Of a stretch of DNA of 64,000 nucleotides, positions 28,161 through 37,755 are shown piece after piece; positions within the stretch are counted from its first letter, which is position 1, and every line of letters starts with the position of its first letter. Made by a program: the position numbers and the translations under genes. A model generated the notes under the pieces. It saw only the letters and a program-made list of their open reading frames with translations. It had not been told where the DNA came from and did not search any database. This DNA is from a virus. Location: positions 3,076-67,075 of IMG/VR virus record IMGVR_UViG_3300030060_006228; one strand, given 5' to 3'.

Positions 28161-29885
28161 ATGGCAGACACACCATTCATACAAATAGGAAATCTGGAAT
28201 TTGAAGAGATAAAATCTTCACTGATTGATTACCTTAAAACACAAGAGATCATAAAAGACTATGAATTTGAAGGATCTGCTATACAGGTGTTGCTAGACAT
28301 TTTAGCATATAACACAATGTATCAGGCTTTTTATATGAATATGGTTGCTAACGAATCATTCCTTGATACAGCACAGAGGTTGCAATCCGTTATATCACTC
28401 GTAAAGCCTCTTGGTTATGTTGTTCCGGGTAAAGTATCTGCGACAGCAACAGTAAAGGTTAGACAGGGTGGACTTGATACAGTTATTCCAAGGTACTCAA
28501 GATTCATAGGAAAAAATGAACAAGGAATTGCTTACAATTTTTATAGCAACGAATCCGTCGTTCTTGATACTGATGGTGAGGCAGATATAGATGTTTATGA
28601 AGCAAAACGTCTTGTCGCTGAAGTCCCAGTATCAATAGATCTTGGTACACAAAAGGGTTTTCTGTCCGGAATTGATATTGATCTAAGAACCCTGAAAGTT
28701 GAAGTAAAGAAAGTCGAAGATGAGGAATATGAAGAGTACTCTTACTCTTCGAACATCAATACAAATATAACAGATGAATCCAAAGTATTTTTCTTGGAAA
28801 GATCCGAATTAGGATATTTCTTAGTTTTTGCGGGAAGGCAACCAACAGGTTCTGAAGAACAGGTAGGTGTTCGGATTGGTGAGAATGATTTAGTCCGGGT
28901 TTCTTATTTAGTGAGCAGCGGAAGTGTTGGAAATAGGTGTTCTGGATTCTCTGGTGTTTCAATTCCGGGGACTGTAGAGACAGTGACAATATCATCAGGC
29001 GGATTAGATGAACCTGATCTAGAAGAAATAAAATTCTTCGCACCCAAGTGGTTTGCTGCACAAGACAGAGCAGTCACAGTTAACGACTGTAAGGCAGTTT
29101 TATCTAAAGAACTTGGACTGACAAGAGATCAGTTTAATGTATTTGGTGGTGAAGAAATAGATCCACCCTATTATGGTAGAGTCTTCTTTACTCTTGCAGG
29201 AGATCCAAACCAAAGTCTAGTTTCCGCTGCACAAGAAGCAACAAAGGTTCTTAAAGATAGATGTGTTGTTAGTATTTTACCAGAATTTATTCCTCCGTAT
29301 GACATAGTAGGTTCAATTAGGGGATCGATTGAAGTTGATCAATCAAAAACAAATCTAAATGAAATTCAATTGAGATCACAGATAGTAGACTACTTTAACA
29401 AAAAATATGCATCTACAAACTTCAACACAACTTTTAGATTCTCCGACTTTAGTAATGAAATAACTTCATTAAACGAAGCATTTGTTGTGGATCCATCAAA
29501 ATTATACATGGAAATTCAAGGTTTTGTTACTCCAAACAGAGTGAATTATTCTGTGAGACAGACATGCAGAGCAAGTTCTTTTAGCATGGTAAATGTAAGC
29601 ACTACACTTTCCGATGATCCTGTGAACTTTGAATCTTATGGAAGTTTAAATTCTAACGGTGAGCAAAGAATAAGAGCATACAGGTACGATGATATTACAA
29701 ATTTAAAAATTGTTCTCAGATCAAATGTTGGATTTTTTAATCCTTCTTCTGGATCGTTTACAATAGATCCTGTGGTTAATTCAAATGCTTTGTTTAGAGT
29801 TTACCCCCAACTGGCACAAGTACAATCAAAGTATGATTTACGATTAGGTGTAAATTTAAGCGATATTGAAGTAATTTCAATCTAA
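28161..29885 (+). CDS. 6: Baseplate wedge gp6
   Basis: DYEFEGS...LLDILAYNT, ANESFLDTA, QDRAVT..D, PPYYGRVF. Confidence 0.93.
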   Translation: MADTPFIQIGNLEFEEIKSSLIDYLKTQEIIKDYEFEGSAIQVLLDILAYNTMYQAFYMNMVANESFLDTAQRLQSVISLVKPLGYVVPGKVSATATVKVRQGGLDTVIPRYSRFIGKNEQGIAYNFYSNESVVLDTDGEADIDVYEAKRLVAEVPVSIDLGTQKGFLSGIDIDLRTLKVEVKKVEDEEYEEYSYSSNINTNITDESKVFFLERSELGYFLVFAGRQPTGSEEQVGVRIGENDLVRVSYLVSSGSVGNRCSGFSGVSIPGTVETVTISSGGLDEPDLEEIKFFAPKWFAAQDRAVTVNDCKAVLSKELGLTRDQFNVFGGEEIDPPYYGRVFFTLAGDPNQSLVSAAQEATKVLKDRCVVSILPEFIPPYDIVGSIRGSIEVDQSKTNLNEIQLRSQIVDYFNKKYASTNFNTTFRFSDFSNEITSLNEAFVVDPSKLYMEIQGFVTPNRVNYSVRQTCRASSFSMVNVSTTLSDDPVNFESYGSLNSNGEQRIRAYRYDDITNLKIVLRSNVGFFNPSSGSFTIDPVVNSNALFRVYPQLAQVQSKYDLRLGVNLSDIEVISI

Positions 29886-29894
29886 GGGTTTTCC

Positions 29895-31226
29895 ATGCTA
29901 AGTTTAATTCTCAACAAGACGGCAAAAAATATTGCTTACAAGATGCTTAATCTTGAAGAGCAGTTATCTGGTAATTTCCACCCCCAGATAAAAAGCGAGC
30001 CTTCTGTTATTGATATTAAACATCTATTCCCACAGTGGATCATGGACAGGTACTCTACTGCATCTAATGTAAATTCTTTTATGGTAAACTTTGTTCAGTC
30101 ATACTATGACTGGCTTTACAGTTCTCAAGGTTATGGTTTTGGAGAGTATCAAGTAGGTTCTGTCCCGTTTCTTCAGTTATTGGACATCGACGAAACTCCA
30201 AAGGAATTTCTAAAGCATTATGTGTATTCGTATGCTCCGGGTTTTCCTGATAGTTTATTTGAATTTAGTAAAACTTCCACAAATGAAAATATTGAGTTCG
30301 TTCGTAATTTCATAAGAGGAGTTAGAAATGATTTTTATCAGAAAAAGGGAACAGAGGAGTCTTACGAATATTTCTTTAGAACATTATATGGTGTTGAAAA
30401 ATTCGACGGAAATTGGATCGAGTATCCCAAAAAATATATTCTTCGATTAAACGGTGGGGTTCCTTATGGAATGCAAAGCGGTATCTTCGAGGATCTTTCT
30501 CCCACATGGGAGGCTGGACTTGGTTGGAGGGATCCGTTTGGTAGTCCTGACGAAATTGGATCCGGACTAGATTATGATTACATAGGAAACTTAAACTATA
30601 GTGCTTTGAATGTTCATGTCATTCAGGATAGTTACTGGTATCAGGATTTTTCTTATATCATAAAAACCGATGACAGTGGAAATACAACAGACGAAAATGG
30701 AAATCCAATTTATGTAGATACTCTGAAAGAGTTGCTGCATCCGGCAGGTCTACAGCCTTTTTATGAAGTAACTTTGGATGATTATACTCCCCCCGAGGAC
30801 TATGACGAAGATTTCAATATATGCGAAGAGCCATTTTTAGGTAATTATTTTCCTTATAGATTGTCCTCAACGGAATCTGTAGGATTTACGTCATGTGTGG
30901 GGTGTAGTGGAAGTCCATATGCATATGATGGTTTAGGATATGAACACGCAGTGGAAGATGGAATTTCTGGGTTTAGTGGAGCAACCTTCAATATGCCTAC
31001 ACACTTCTTCCCCAACTGGTCTAGAGGAATAAGTTGCGAGAGAATTGGGAACGTAGAAGATCCATATTGTGTAGGCGTTCGTGAGTTTGGAAACATATAT
31101 ATTGGTGACCTTGTTTTCTTATGTAATGCGGACGAGAGTCCAAACTTCGGAAGAACTGGTTGTACCGGACCTAGACCTGAAGAGGTCACTAACGATTGTA
31201 ACGCAGGACAATGTTGGCACTGCTAA
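29895..31226 (+). CDS. Baseplate wedge gp7-like
   Basis: FY..KGTEESY.YFFR.LY, IQDSYWYQDFSY, LLHPAG. Confidence 0.8.
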   Translation: MLSLILNKTAKNIAYKMLNLEEQLSGNFHPQIKSEPSVIDIKHLFPQWIMDRYSTASNVNSFMVNFVQSYYDWLYSSQGYGFGEYQVGSVPFLQLLDIDETPKEFLKHYVYSYAPGFPDSLFEFSKTSTNENIEFVRNFIRGVRNDFYQKKGTEESYEYFFRTLYGVEKFDGNWIEYPKKYILRLNGGVPYGMQSGIFEDLSPTWEAGLGWRDPFGSPDEIGSGLDYDYIGNLNYSALNVHVIQDSYWYQDFSYIIKTDDSGNTTDENGNPIYVDTLKELLHPAGLQPFYEVTLDDYTPPEDYDEDFNICEEPFLGNYFPYRLSSTESVGFTSCVGCSGSPYAYDGLGYEHAVEDGISGFSGATFNMPTHFFPNWSRGISCERIGNVEDPYCVGVREFGNIYIGDLVFLCNADESPNFGRTGCTGPRPEEVTNDCNAGQCWHC

Positions 31227-31237
31227 AGGATAAATAG

Positions 31238-33142
31238 ATGTCTAGATATGCTTCTTCAAAAAATTCACCTAACAATTTCTCGGCAGATAAAGCCAGAAGA
31301 ACCTTTGAACAAATTGCATTGGATAACAATGAACAGTTTGGGTTCGTTATTGCGGGTGATGTAGCAGAGACTTCAACGACTAACACCCAAGAAGATGCAT
31401 CTACTATTTTAGAAAAATTAGCATTCTACTCTAAGATCCGAGAATCAGATGTAAGTATGGTGGGTGAACGAAATGATTTTAAAATAGGAAATGTTTATAA
31501 TCACTGGTCATCTGTTTTAGAAAATAACAGAACACACTATGCACTAAATACAGCAAACGATACAGTATATTTGTGTATACGAGGAGCCAATAATCCTTTC
31601 TGGAGATTGGATCTTGAATCAAAGTCTTCTTTCACATCTACTCCATCAGATTTATGCACCACTCAATATCCAGATGATTCCATATGGAGAGGATTGTACA
31701 AAATTAATTCTAACCAGATGCTTTCCCATCTAGGTAAGAGTCTACCGTTTCGAACCATTACAGACGAGGAAAGAAGCACTCGGTATTTTGATACATCAGA
31801 TCCAGCAACAGAGGCTGCACAAATATGCGGAACAGGTAGAGAAAAGGTTAGTGGAACGTGTTGCTTGTTTCACAAACGGGGACACATAGACGCGGTTACT
31901 GGTGTTACTTTTTCTCCCGGAGACTTCTTCAAGTGCGATTGCACTAAATGTTATAAATGTTTAGACATGGCAAAAAGATTAGACATGAACTATATCTTTA
32001 ACAGCATGGGGGTATCAGGAGCAACGCAGGATAGATGTCTTGGTTGTGACACAGAAACTTTCCCAACAAATTGCGGTGCCTGTCCATGCACATACTCACA
32101 GCAGACAGATAGACAGAAGATTGTAGATAATGCAAAGTTAAATCCAAACACATCAATAGGAACATTCAGTAAGATAATAAATGAATGTGATGATGTGGGT
32201 GGTCAAATCATTTCTATGTTTATTGATTTTAGTAACATGACAAAGAACCAACTAAAACTCAAAGGGACTGGACCTGGTTTAAGTTGGCCTCTTACCATAA
32301 CAAGTGAAAGTGGATCCGAAGCACAATGGGAAGTTGTGGGATACACAGAAGATCAGGGGAGAAACTGGTATGCATCTGGACTGAAAAAAGTTTCAGAGGG
32401 ATTTAATTATGTAAATGCTTCTGTAACAAACTTAAATGATATTTTTGAAAATGGATTCTCTGCAAGTAGATTACAGGTAAACATTAGTCCACTTGGTGGG
32501 TTTATCGAAAACATTGAAAATATTATTTCTAATGTCCGGGTTCAAATTTCAAAATCATTCAGAAGCAGTTATCTTCGAGAAACTCTAGGTAGTGACATAA
32601 CATCTTTGGGTAGAGTTGGGGTTGTTAAAAACGTGACTGTTGACGGAGGACGAAGAGTTCTTGGTTATGGAACAAATGCAAACGAAACTGTAGACAAAAG
32701 ACTCACCACAAAAGTAACTGCAACACCATCAACAACTACTGCTAGTTCTGGAAAGGGTTCTAAGTTTACTTTACAGAAGGGGACTACGGTTACTCTACAA
32801 ACACAAACAGTTTCATCTTCCACAAAGGCTTCATCCTATTCAGCCACTCAATTTGCTACATCTAAGACAAACGCATCGGACTCTTCGAAGGTTGACCTAG
32901 AACTACATGTTACACAGCCTGAAACTATATTAGACACAACCACTATAACGGACAAAACTGCAAACATAACTTATACTTTAGACAAAGACAGTATTTCTGT
33001 TCCGAGAGATAATAGTGGTGGTGTTATTGATGTTGGTAGTGGAGCATTCTTAACAACTAAGAATGTTGGATGGAATATTCCTCCCGAAAGAGGAACAGGT
33101 CAAAGTGCAGAAAGAAGTTTCAGAGTTGTGATTACTCTCTAG
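31238..33142 (+). CDS. Baseplate wedge gp8-like with Cys-rich insert
   Basis: VYLCI, W..LYKI and position after gp7. Confidence 0.65.
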   Translation: MSRYASSKNSPNNFSADKARRTFEQIALDNNEQFGFVIAGDVAETSTTNTQEDASTILEKLAFYSKIRESDVSMVGERNDFKIGNVYNHWSSVLENNRTHYALNTANDTVYLCIRGANNPFWRLDLESKSSFTSTPSDLCTTQYPDDSIWRGLYKINSNQMLSHLGKSLPFRTITDEERSTRYFDTSDPATEAAQICGTGREKVSGTCCLFHKRGHIDAVTGVTFSPGDFFKCDCTKCYKCLDMAKRLDMNYIFNSMGVSGATQDRCLGCDTETFPTNCGACPCTYSQQTDRQKIVDNAKLNPNTSIGTFSKIINECDDVGGQIISMFIDFSNMTKNQLKLKGTGPGLSWPLTITSESGSEAQWEVVGYTEDQGRNWYASGLKKVSEGFNYVNASVTNLNDIFENGFSASRLQVNISPLGGFIENIENIISNVRVQISKSFRSSYLRETLGSDITSLGRVGVVKNVTVDGGRRVLGYGTNANETVDKRLTTKVTATPSTTTASSGKGSKFTLQKGTTVTLQTQTVSSSTKASSYSATQFATSKTNASDSSKVDLELHVTQPETILDTTTITDKTANITYTLDKDSISVPRDNSGGVIDVGSGAFLTTKNVGWNIPPERGTGQSAERSFRVVITL

Positions 33143-33161
33143 ATAACAAGGAAATATTAAA

Positions 33162-34016
33162 ATGCCAACAGATAGAATAATAGAACCGTTAAGTGAAGAC
33201 TTACCTCTCACCCCCCCTCCTCATCTCAGCAGAGTTACACAACACGAACTCTCTGCGGATCTGTCCGATGGTGGATCAAAAAACTATAAGCATGTAGCGT
33301 TTAGACCTGGATACGCTTTACAGGCAGCAGAGTTAAATGAATTGCAGGAGCAGTTTCAACTGCAAATGACTCTTACGATGAACATGTATCATAACTGGAT
33401 CACATCTTCACGACCTGCTCTTTGGAATACTTCATCAGAACTAACCACTGGTTTGGGTAATACTCCTTTTGATGGAACTGGAGAATACACACTTTCTGCT
33501 CCGGGATGGAAGGGAACATGTCCACTGTTTCCTTTTGATTCTCCCTACACTCCCGGAGGATCAACTAATCTTGTAGACGTAGAACCAGATGCAGCGGGTG
33601 GAATATCCATATCATTTAGACCTGGTTGGTTTTTGACTGAACTTCAAGCACAAGAAGATCCCGGTGAAGATATTTCTGCAATCAGTGGTTTAAAGTATTG
33701 GGTTTATAACAATATACCAATAACAGATTCATCTCTGATTTTTCCTGCACCCCCATCTCTTACATACGTTGGATTTCGCGTAAGTTCTTCTTATGTTTGT
33801 CCCGACGAAGATTCTAGTCTGTATGATAACGCGGGACCGTACTCTACCGGAAATCCTGCAACTGGTGGTGCATGTAGATATCAACTGAGACTTGATTCTA
33901 CCACATTCGCCGAAGAGGGTGATCCACTGGAAGGAAATGTAAGTAAAGTTCTTAAGATAGATCCATCAGATAGAAGTATTCGGTACATGAATAATTTACT
34001 CATAACAACGTATTGA
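33162..34016 (+). CDS. DUF4815-like virion protein
   Basis: Y..VAFRPGYALQAAELNELQ; LYDNA...GA.RY. Confidence 0.7.
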   Translation: MPTDRIIEPLSEDLPLTPPPHLSRVTQHELSADLSDGGSKNYKHVAFRPGYALQAAELNELQEQFQLQMTLTMNMYHNWITSSRPALWNTSSELTTGLGNTPFDGTGEYTLSAPGWKGTCPLFPFDSPYTPGGSTNLVDVEPDAAGGISISFRPGWFLTELQAQEDPGEDISAISGLKYWVYNNIPITDSSLIFPAPPSLTYVGFRVSSSYVCPDEDSSLYDNAGPYSTGNPATGGACRYQLRLDSTTFAEEGDPLEGNVSKVLKIDPSDRSIRYMNNLLITTY

Positions 34017-34027
34017 CGGTAAATGAG

Positions 34028-34035
34028 TATAAATA
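34028..34035 (+). promoter_or_regulatory. T4-type late promoter
   Basis: TATAAATA. Confidence 0.8.
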
Positions 34036-34055
34036 CACATAAAGAGGCTAACTAA

Positions 34056-36476
34056 ATGGCAAATGTAGACGACAACAATTACCAAATAACAAATCTGACT
34101 TCCACCACTACCTTCTATGATTGGGTTAATCATTATAACCAAAACATAGTCGGGAAGTTGAACAACATCAAAGTCTTTGATGGGCTATCTGGTGATGGTG
34201 TCGATTTTACATTGGGCACAGTTGCATCCAATGATCCAGTTGGAGGTGCTACAACAGGGAATGACTTAGCCGCAGGTATATTCAGAGCCAGTATATCAGA
34301 CACAATTCCTAAAGGCGTAACCTTCGAAGGTGATATGTCTGTTCTTGGGGAACTTAAGTTTCGTCCTGATAAAACGGAAATACCTAATACAAGATTCCGA
34401 ATGTATGGACAAACTGCTGGATTTACTTTTGGTATGGTTGTTCGAGTTGGTGGAACAGCAGGAATTACATATGCAAGAGCAAACGGAAAGGCTGCATCCG
34501 AAGCAATCGGAATTGTTGCTGGAGTTACGTTTGACGGAACTGATAATCCAAATACAAACTATATTGAAATTGCAACCTCTGGTGTTATCGAAGGATCGTT
34601 TAATCGTGTTGATGCGAGACAATCCTCTTCGGGTGAGGGCGACAACACCGAAGGTATTACCTACCATCCGGGATGTGCTTACTTCCTAGATGTTGAAACT
34701 GGTGGTGGACTTACATCAGGAGAACCGATTGTATCTGGACAAGTATCGAAACCAATGATTGTTGGTATCACATACGACGACAGGGGATCAAACGAAGACA
34801 ATCCAACTTCGAAGATTGCAATAGTAAACTATAGAGGACAATATTTATCCACGGGATTATCTGGTTCTGTTGCTGGTGCTACTGCAAACAGTAATATGTT
34901 TACCGTCCTTCTTGAAGGTGCAGATGCTTCACATACGTTAACCGAAGGTAAGGTGGTAGGATACAAGCCTGGAATTGAAACCGGATTCGGTGGATGGTTT
35001 GAATATACAAACAACTACGCAGATCTAGAGTATGCAATAGGTATCGTAGCAAATAGTTTTGCTGTAGGATCAACTCAGTACATTCAAGTCATTGGTGGTG
35101 GATTACTCGACGGTTACAACAACTTAAATTCCTCGTATGGACTTCAGTATATTGGTTTGGACGGAAAATTAACTGGAGTTCCACCCGGCGGTGTGGTTAA
35201 ACCGTTCGCCTTCTCTTGGAAGTCTGGTGGAGATGATAAAGCATTCGTTATAAACCAACAATCATATGGTGAGTATGACGAAGAGGGTGGTTTCTTAAGA
35301 TCTGGTGGAGGCGGCGGATTCGGTGGTAATTATAGACTTGGTAACAACCGGGGCGCCACTTATGGACAAGCAATTCAGCCTAATGTTCTAATCAATGGTG
35401 GGTTTGATATCTGGCAAAGAGGTGTGGGTATCAATCCTTATGGAGTTACCGGAACAAAATTCCTCGCAGATAGATGGGTTCGAGTAGACGGTATCACTGC
35501 AAAGGAAGGCTCATCGAAACAAGCAGGAACATATACAGATGGTGTTCCAACCATTCAGAGAATGACTTTCGATAAACCAGAAACAAACATTGAGGGCGAT
35601 CCCACATACTATCTTCGAACTAAACATAGAGTTAGTGGATCCAGTGGACCTGCCGGTGATCATGTTTATCTTGTAAACAGAATTGAAAATAATGAAACTC
35701 TTTCCGGTGAAGATGTTACACTTTCCTTCTATGCGAAATGTGGTGTTACAGGTTCTACTTTAGGATTTGTGGTATCCCAGTATGATGGAACGGACAAAAC
35801 AGTAACATCCATTGGAAAGTGGACTCAAGGATTTACTTATGATGATGGACTAGTTCGAGTAGGAACTCAGTGGCAAAAATTCTCAATTGGATTTACCGTG
35901 CCTCCTATTAGCACAACATCTGATGAGAGTTTTGTGGATATCGGATTTGATGTTACTAACACCAATTCACAACTAGATCTTGCTCAGGTTAAATTAGAGA
36001 GAGGATATGTTCCAACCATATTCGAACCTGTTAACCTGAGACTAGAGTACGATGGATGTAAGAGATACTATCAGAGAACATATTCTGCTCAACAAGAAAC
36101 ACATAGTAGAACAATGCATCCAGATGGAGTTTCGCCACTACCAACAGTTCTTGATATTCTAACAACTCCAAGTATGACGAACTATCATAGATTCCCGATT
36201 CAAATGAGAAACACTCCTTTGGTAACTTTCTTCTCACCGGAATCTGGACGTACAGGCGATGCTTATAATAGAACCGTTGCCAAGGATCTTCGACTAACAT
36301 CGGGAACTGGTAGAGATGGAAATTACAGATCAGCACCGACAGGAGCAGATACTATTCGATCAGAATTTGCCACCGAGGATGGAATGAAAATATTCTTGAA
36401 TGGTGGGATTGTGTTGTGGGATGATGTGTCAATTCACTACACTGCCGATGCAGACTTCAACCACGATACACAATAA
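34056..36476 (+). CDS. Tail fibre-like protein
   Basis: NVLINGGFDIWQRG, ADRW, TLSFYAK, QVKLERG, CKRYYQ module. Confidence 0.75.
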   Translation: MANVDDNNYQITNLTSTTTFYDWVNHYNQNIVGKLNNIKVFDGLSGDGVDFTLGTVASNDPVGGATTGNDLAAGIFRASISDTIPKGVTFEGDMSVLGELKFRPDKTEIPNTRFRMYGQTAGFTFGMVVRVGGTAGITYARANGKAASEAIGIVAGVTFDGTDNPNTNYIEIATSGVIEGSFNRVDARQSSSGEGDNTEGITYHPGCAYFLDVETGGGLTSGEPIVSGQVSKPMIVGITYDDRGSNEDNPTSKIAIVNYRGQYLSTGLSGSVAGATANSNMFTVLLEGADASHTLTEGKVVGYKPGIETGFGGWFEYTNNYADLEYAIGIVANSFAVGSTQYIQVIGGGLLDGYNNLNSSYGLQYIGLDGKLTGVPPGGVVKPFAFSWKSGGDDKAFVINQQSYGEYDEEGGFLRSGGGGGFGGNYRLGNNRGATYGQAIQPNVLINGGFDIWQRGVGINPYGVTGTKFLADRWVRVDGITAKEGSSKQAGTYTDGVPTIQRMTFDKPETNIEGDPTYYLRTKHRVSGSSGPAGDHVYLVNRIENNETLSGEDVTLSFYAKCGVTGSTLGFVVSQYDGTDKTVTSIGKWTQGFTYDDGLVRVGTQWQKFSIGFTVPPISTTSDESFVDIGFDVTNTNSQLDLAQVKLERGYVPTIFEPVNLRLEYDGCKRYYQRTYSAQQETHSRTMHPDGVSPLPTVLDILTTPSMTNYHRFPIQMRNTPLVTFFSPESGRTGDAYNRTVAKDLRLTSGTGRDGNYRSAPTGADTIRSEFATEDGMKIFLNGGIVLWDDVSIHYTADADFNHDTQ

Positions 36477-36490
36477 TCCGGAGATAATAT

Positions 36491-37744
36491 ATGTCATCTT
36501 GTAATAATAGTTCAAACATAGCAGGTAACTTAACAATCAACAGCCTTCAGGCTGTTGGTAGTAGGTTAATAACCGTTATTCCAAACACAAATACTATCAA
36601 GGGTGGTGTTCAAAGTGGCGTTACCGCAGGTGACGTACTTCGGTATGATGTTATCACGGAACCTAATATATATGTTAAGGCTCAAGCAAATGATCCTGCA
36701 ACATCTGAAGTCGTGGGTGTAGTTGAAAGTGTAAATGATAATGATGTTTATCTTGTTCTTTCCGGACAGATGAAATTTCCAACAGGGGCGTTTGCAAAAA
36801 TAGATCCAGATGGACCAGAAGGACCGCAAGGTTCAACTGGTGGTGCCGGTGGAAATGATATTTATTTCTTGAGTTCTGCCACTGGAGGACTGCTTCAAAA
36901 TATTGCTCCCAATCAACCCACTGAAATTGTTAAACCTGTACTACAGATGGCAGACAATGGTGACTATAACGCAGTAGTACAAAACTACATTGGTTATCAA
37001 GTTGGTGGAAATGTTGTAGCAAGTGAAGAGGATGGATCTGGTAATGATGACACTCTCAAAATCGCATCCTTCATCGATAACGGAAGTGAGTTTCTTGGTG
37101 GTGGATTCATTCGAGCAGATAAATCTCATGTTTTAGATCCTTTCACATACTCTAACTTTTATAAGAAGGTTGGGATTCAGTATGGACATGTTGTTAGAAT
37201 AAAAATAGATAATCAGAAAAATAGCAGTGTAAGTGCTTCAGTTTCTAATAGACAAGCAGCATATCAGATGAAGACTGGAAATGTAACTATCTCCGGGAAC
37301 ATTAGATATATTTCACCAGATGAAATAGAAGTAGATGTTAAAGATCATGGAAATGATACATTCTCGACAGATTCGAAACTTTATATCAGCGGAAAGTCAT
37401 ACGGAAACCCAGTTTCGGTTGAACTGATTGGAATCAGAACTCCAATCATAACCAATCCATCGAATGGGTTCGTACTGAAAACTGATAATGGTCAAATTGT
37501 ACCCAACAGTGTGATTTACGGACTGAAGATATCAAGCACAATTGGAGTAACAATTCCAGACACAGTATCAGTGACAAATCTTGAGGTTACGAATAAACTA
37601 TCTGCTGTGTCCACGGATAAAGGAAAAACAATAACCGATGTGGTTGCTTTGATAGATAATTTGAATACCGACAACAAGGACAGCAGAAGTAAATTAAACA
37701 CTTCGGCGACTGACAATACTGCATACATATCTACAACTAGTTGA
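36491..37744 (+). CDS. Fibre or structural protein, paralogous to the N-half of the previous gene
   Basis: AQAND...EVVGVV, YFLS...GGL, KPVL, NY.GY. Confidence 0.6.
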   Translation: MSSCNNSSNIAGNLTINSLQAVGSRLITVIPNTNTIKGGVQSGVTAGDVLRYDVITEPNIYVKAQANDPATSEVVGVVESVNDNDVYLVLSGQMKFPTGAFAKIDPDGPEGPQGSTGGAGGNDIYFLSSATGGLLQNIAPNQPTEIVKPVLQMADNGDYNAVVQNYIGYQVGGNVVASEEDGSGNDDTLKIASFIDNGSEFLGGGFIRADKSHVLDPFTYSNFYKKVGIQYGHVVRIKIDNQKNSSVSASVSNRQAAYQMKTGNVTISGNIRYISPDEIEVDVKDHGNDTFSTDSKLYISGKSYGNPVSVELIGIRTPIITNPSNGFVLKTDNGQIVPNSVIYGLKISSTIGVTIPDTVSVTNLEVTNKLSAVSTDKGKTITDVVALIDNLNTDNKDSRSKLNTSATDNTAYISTTS

Positions 37745-37755
37745 GGTAATAACAC

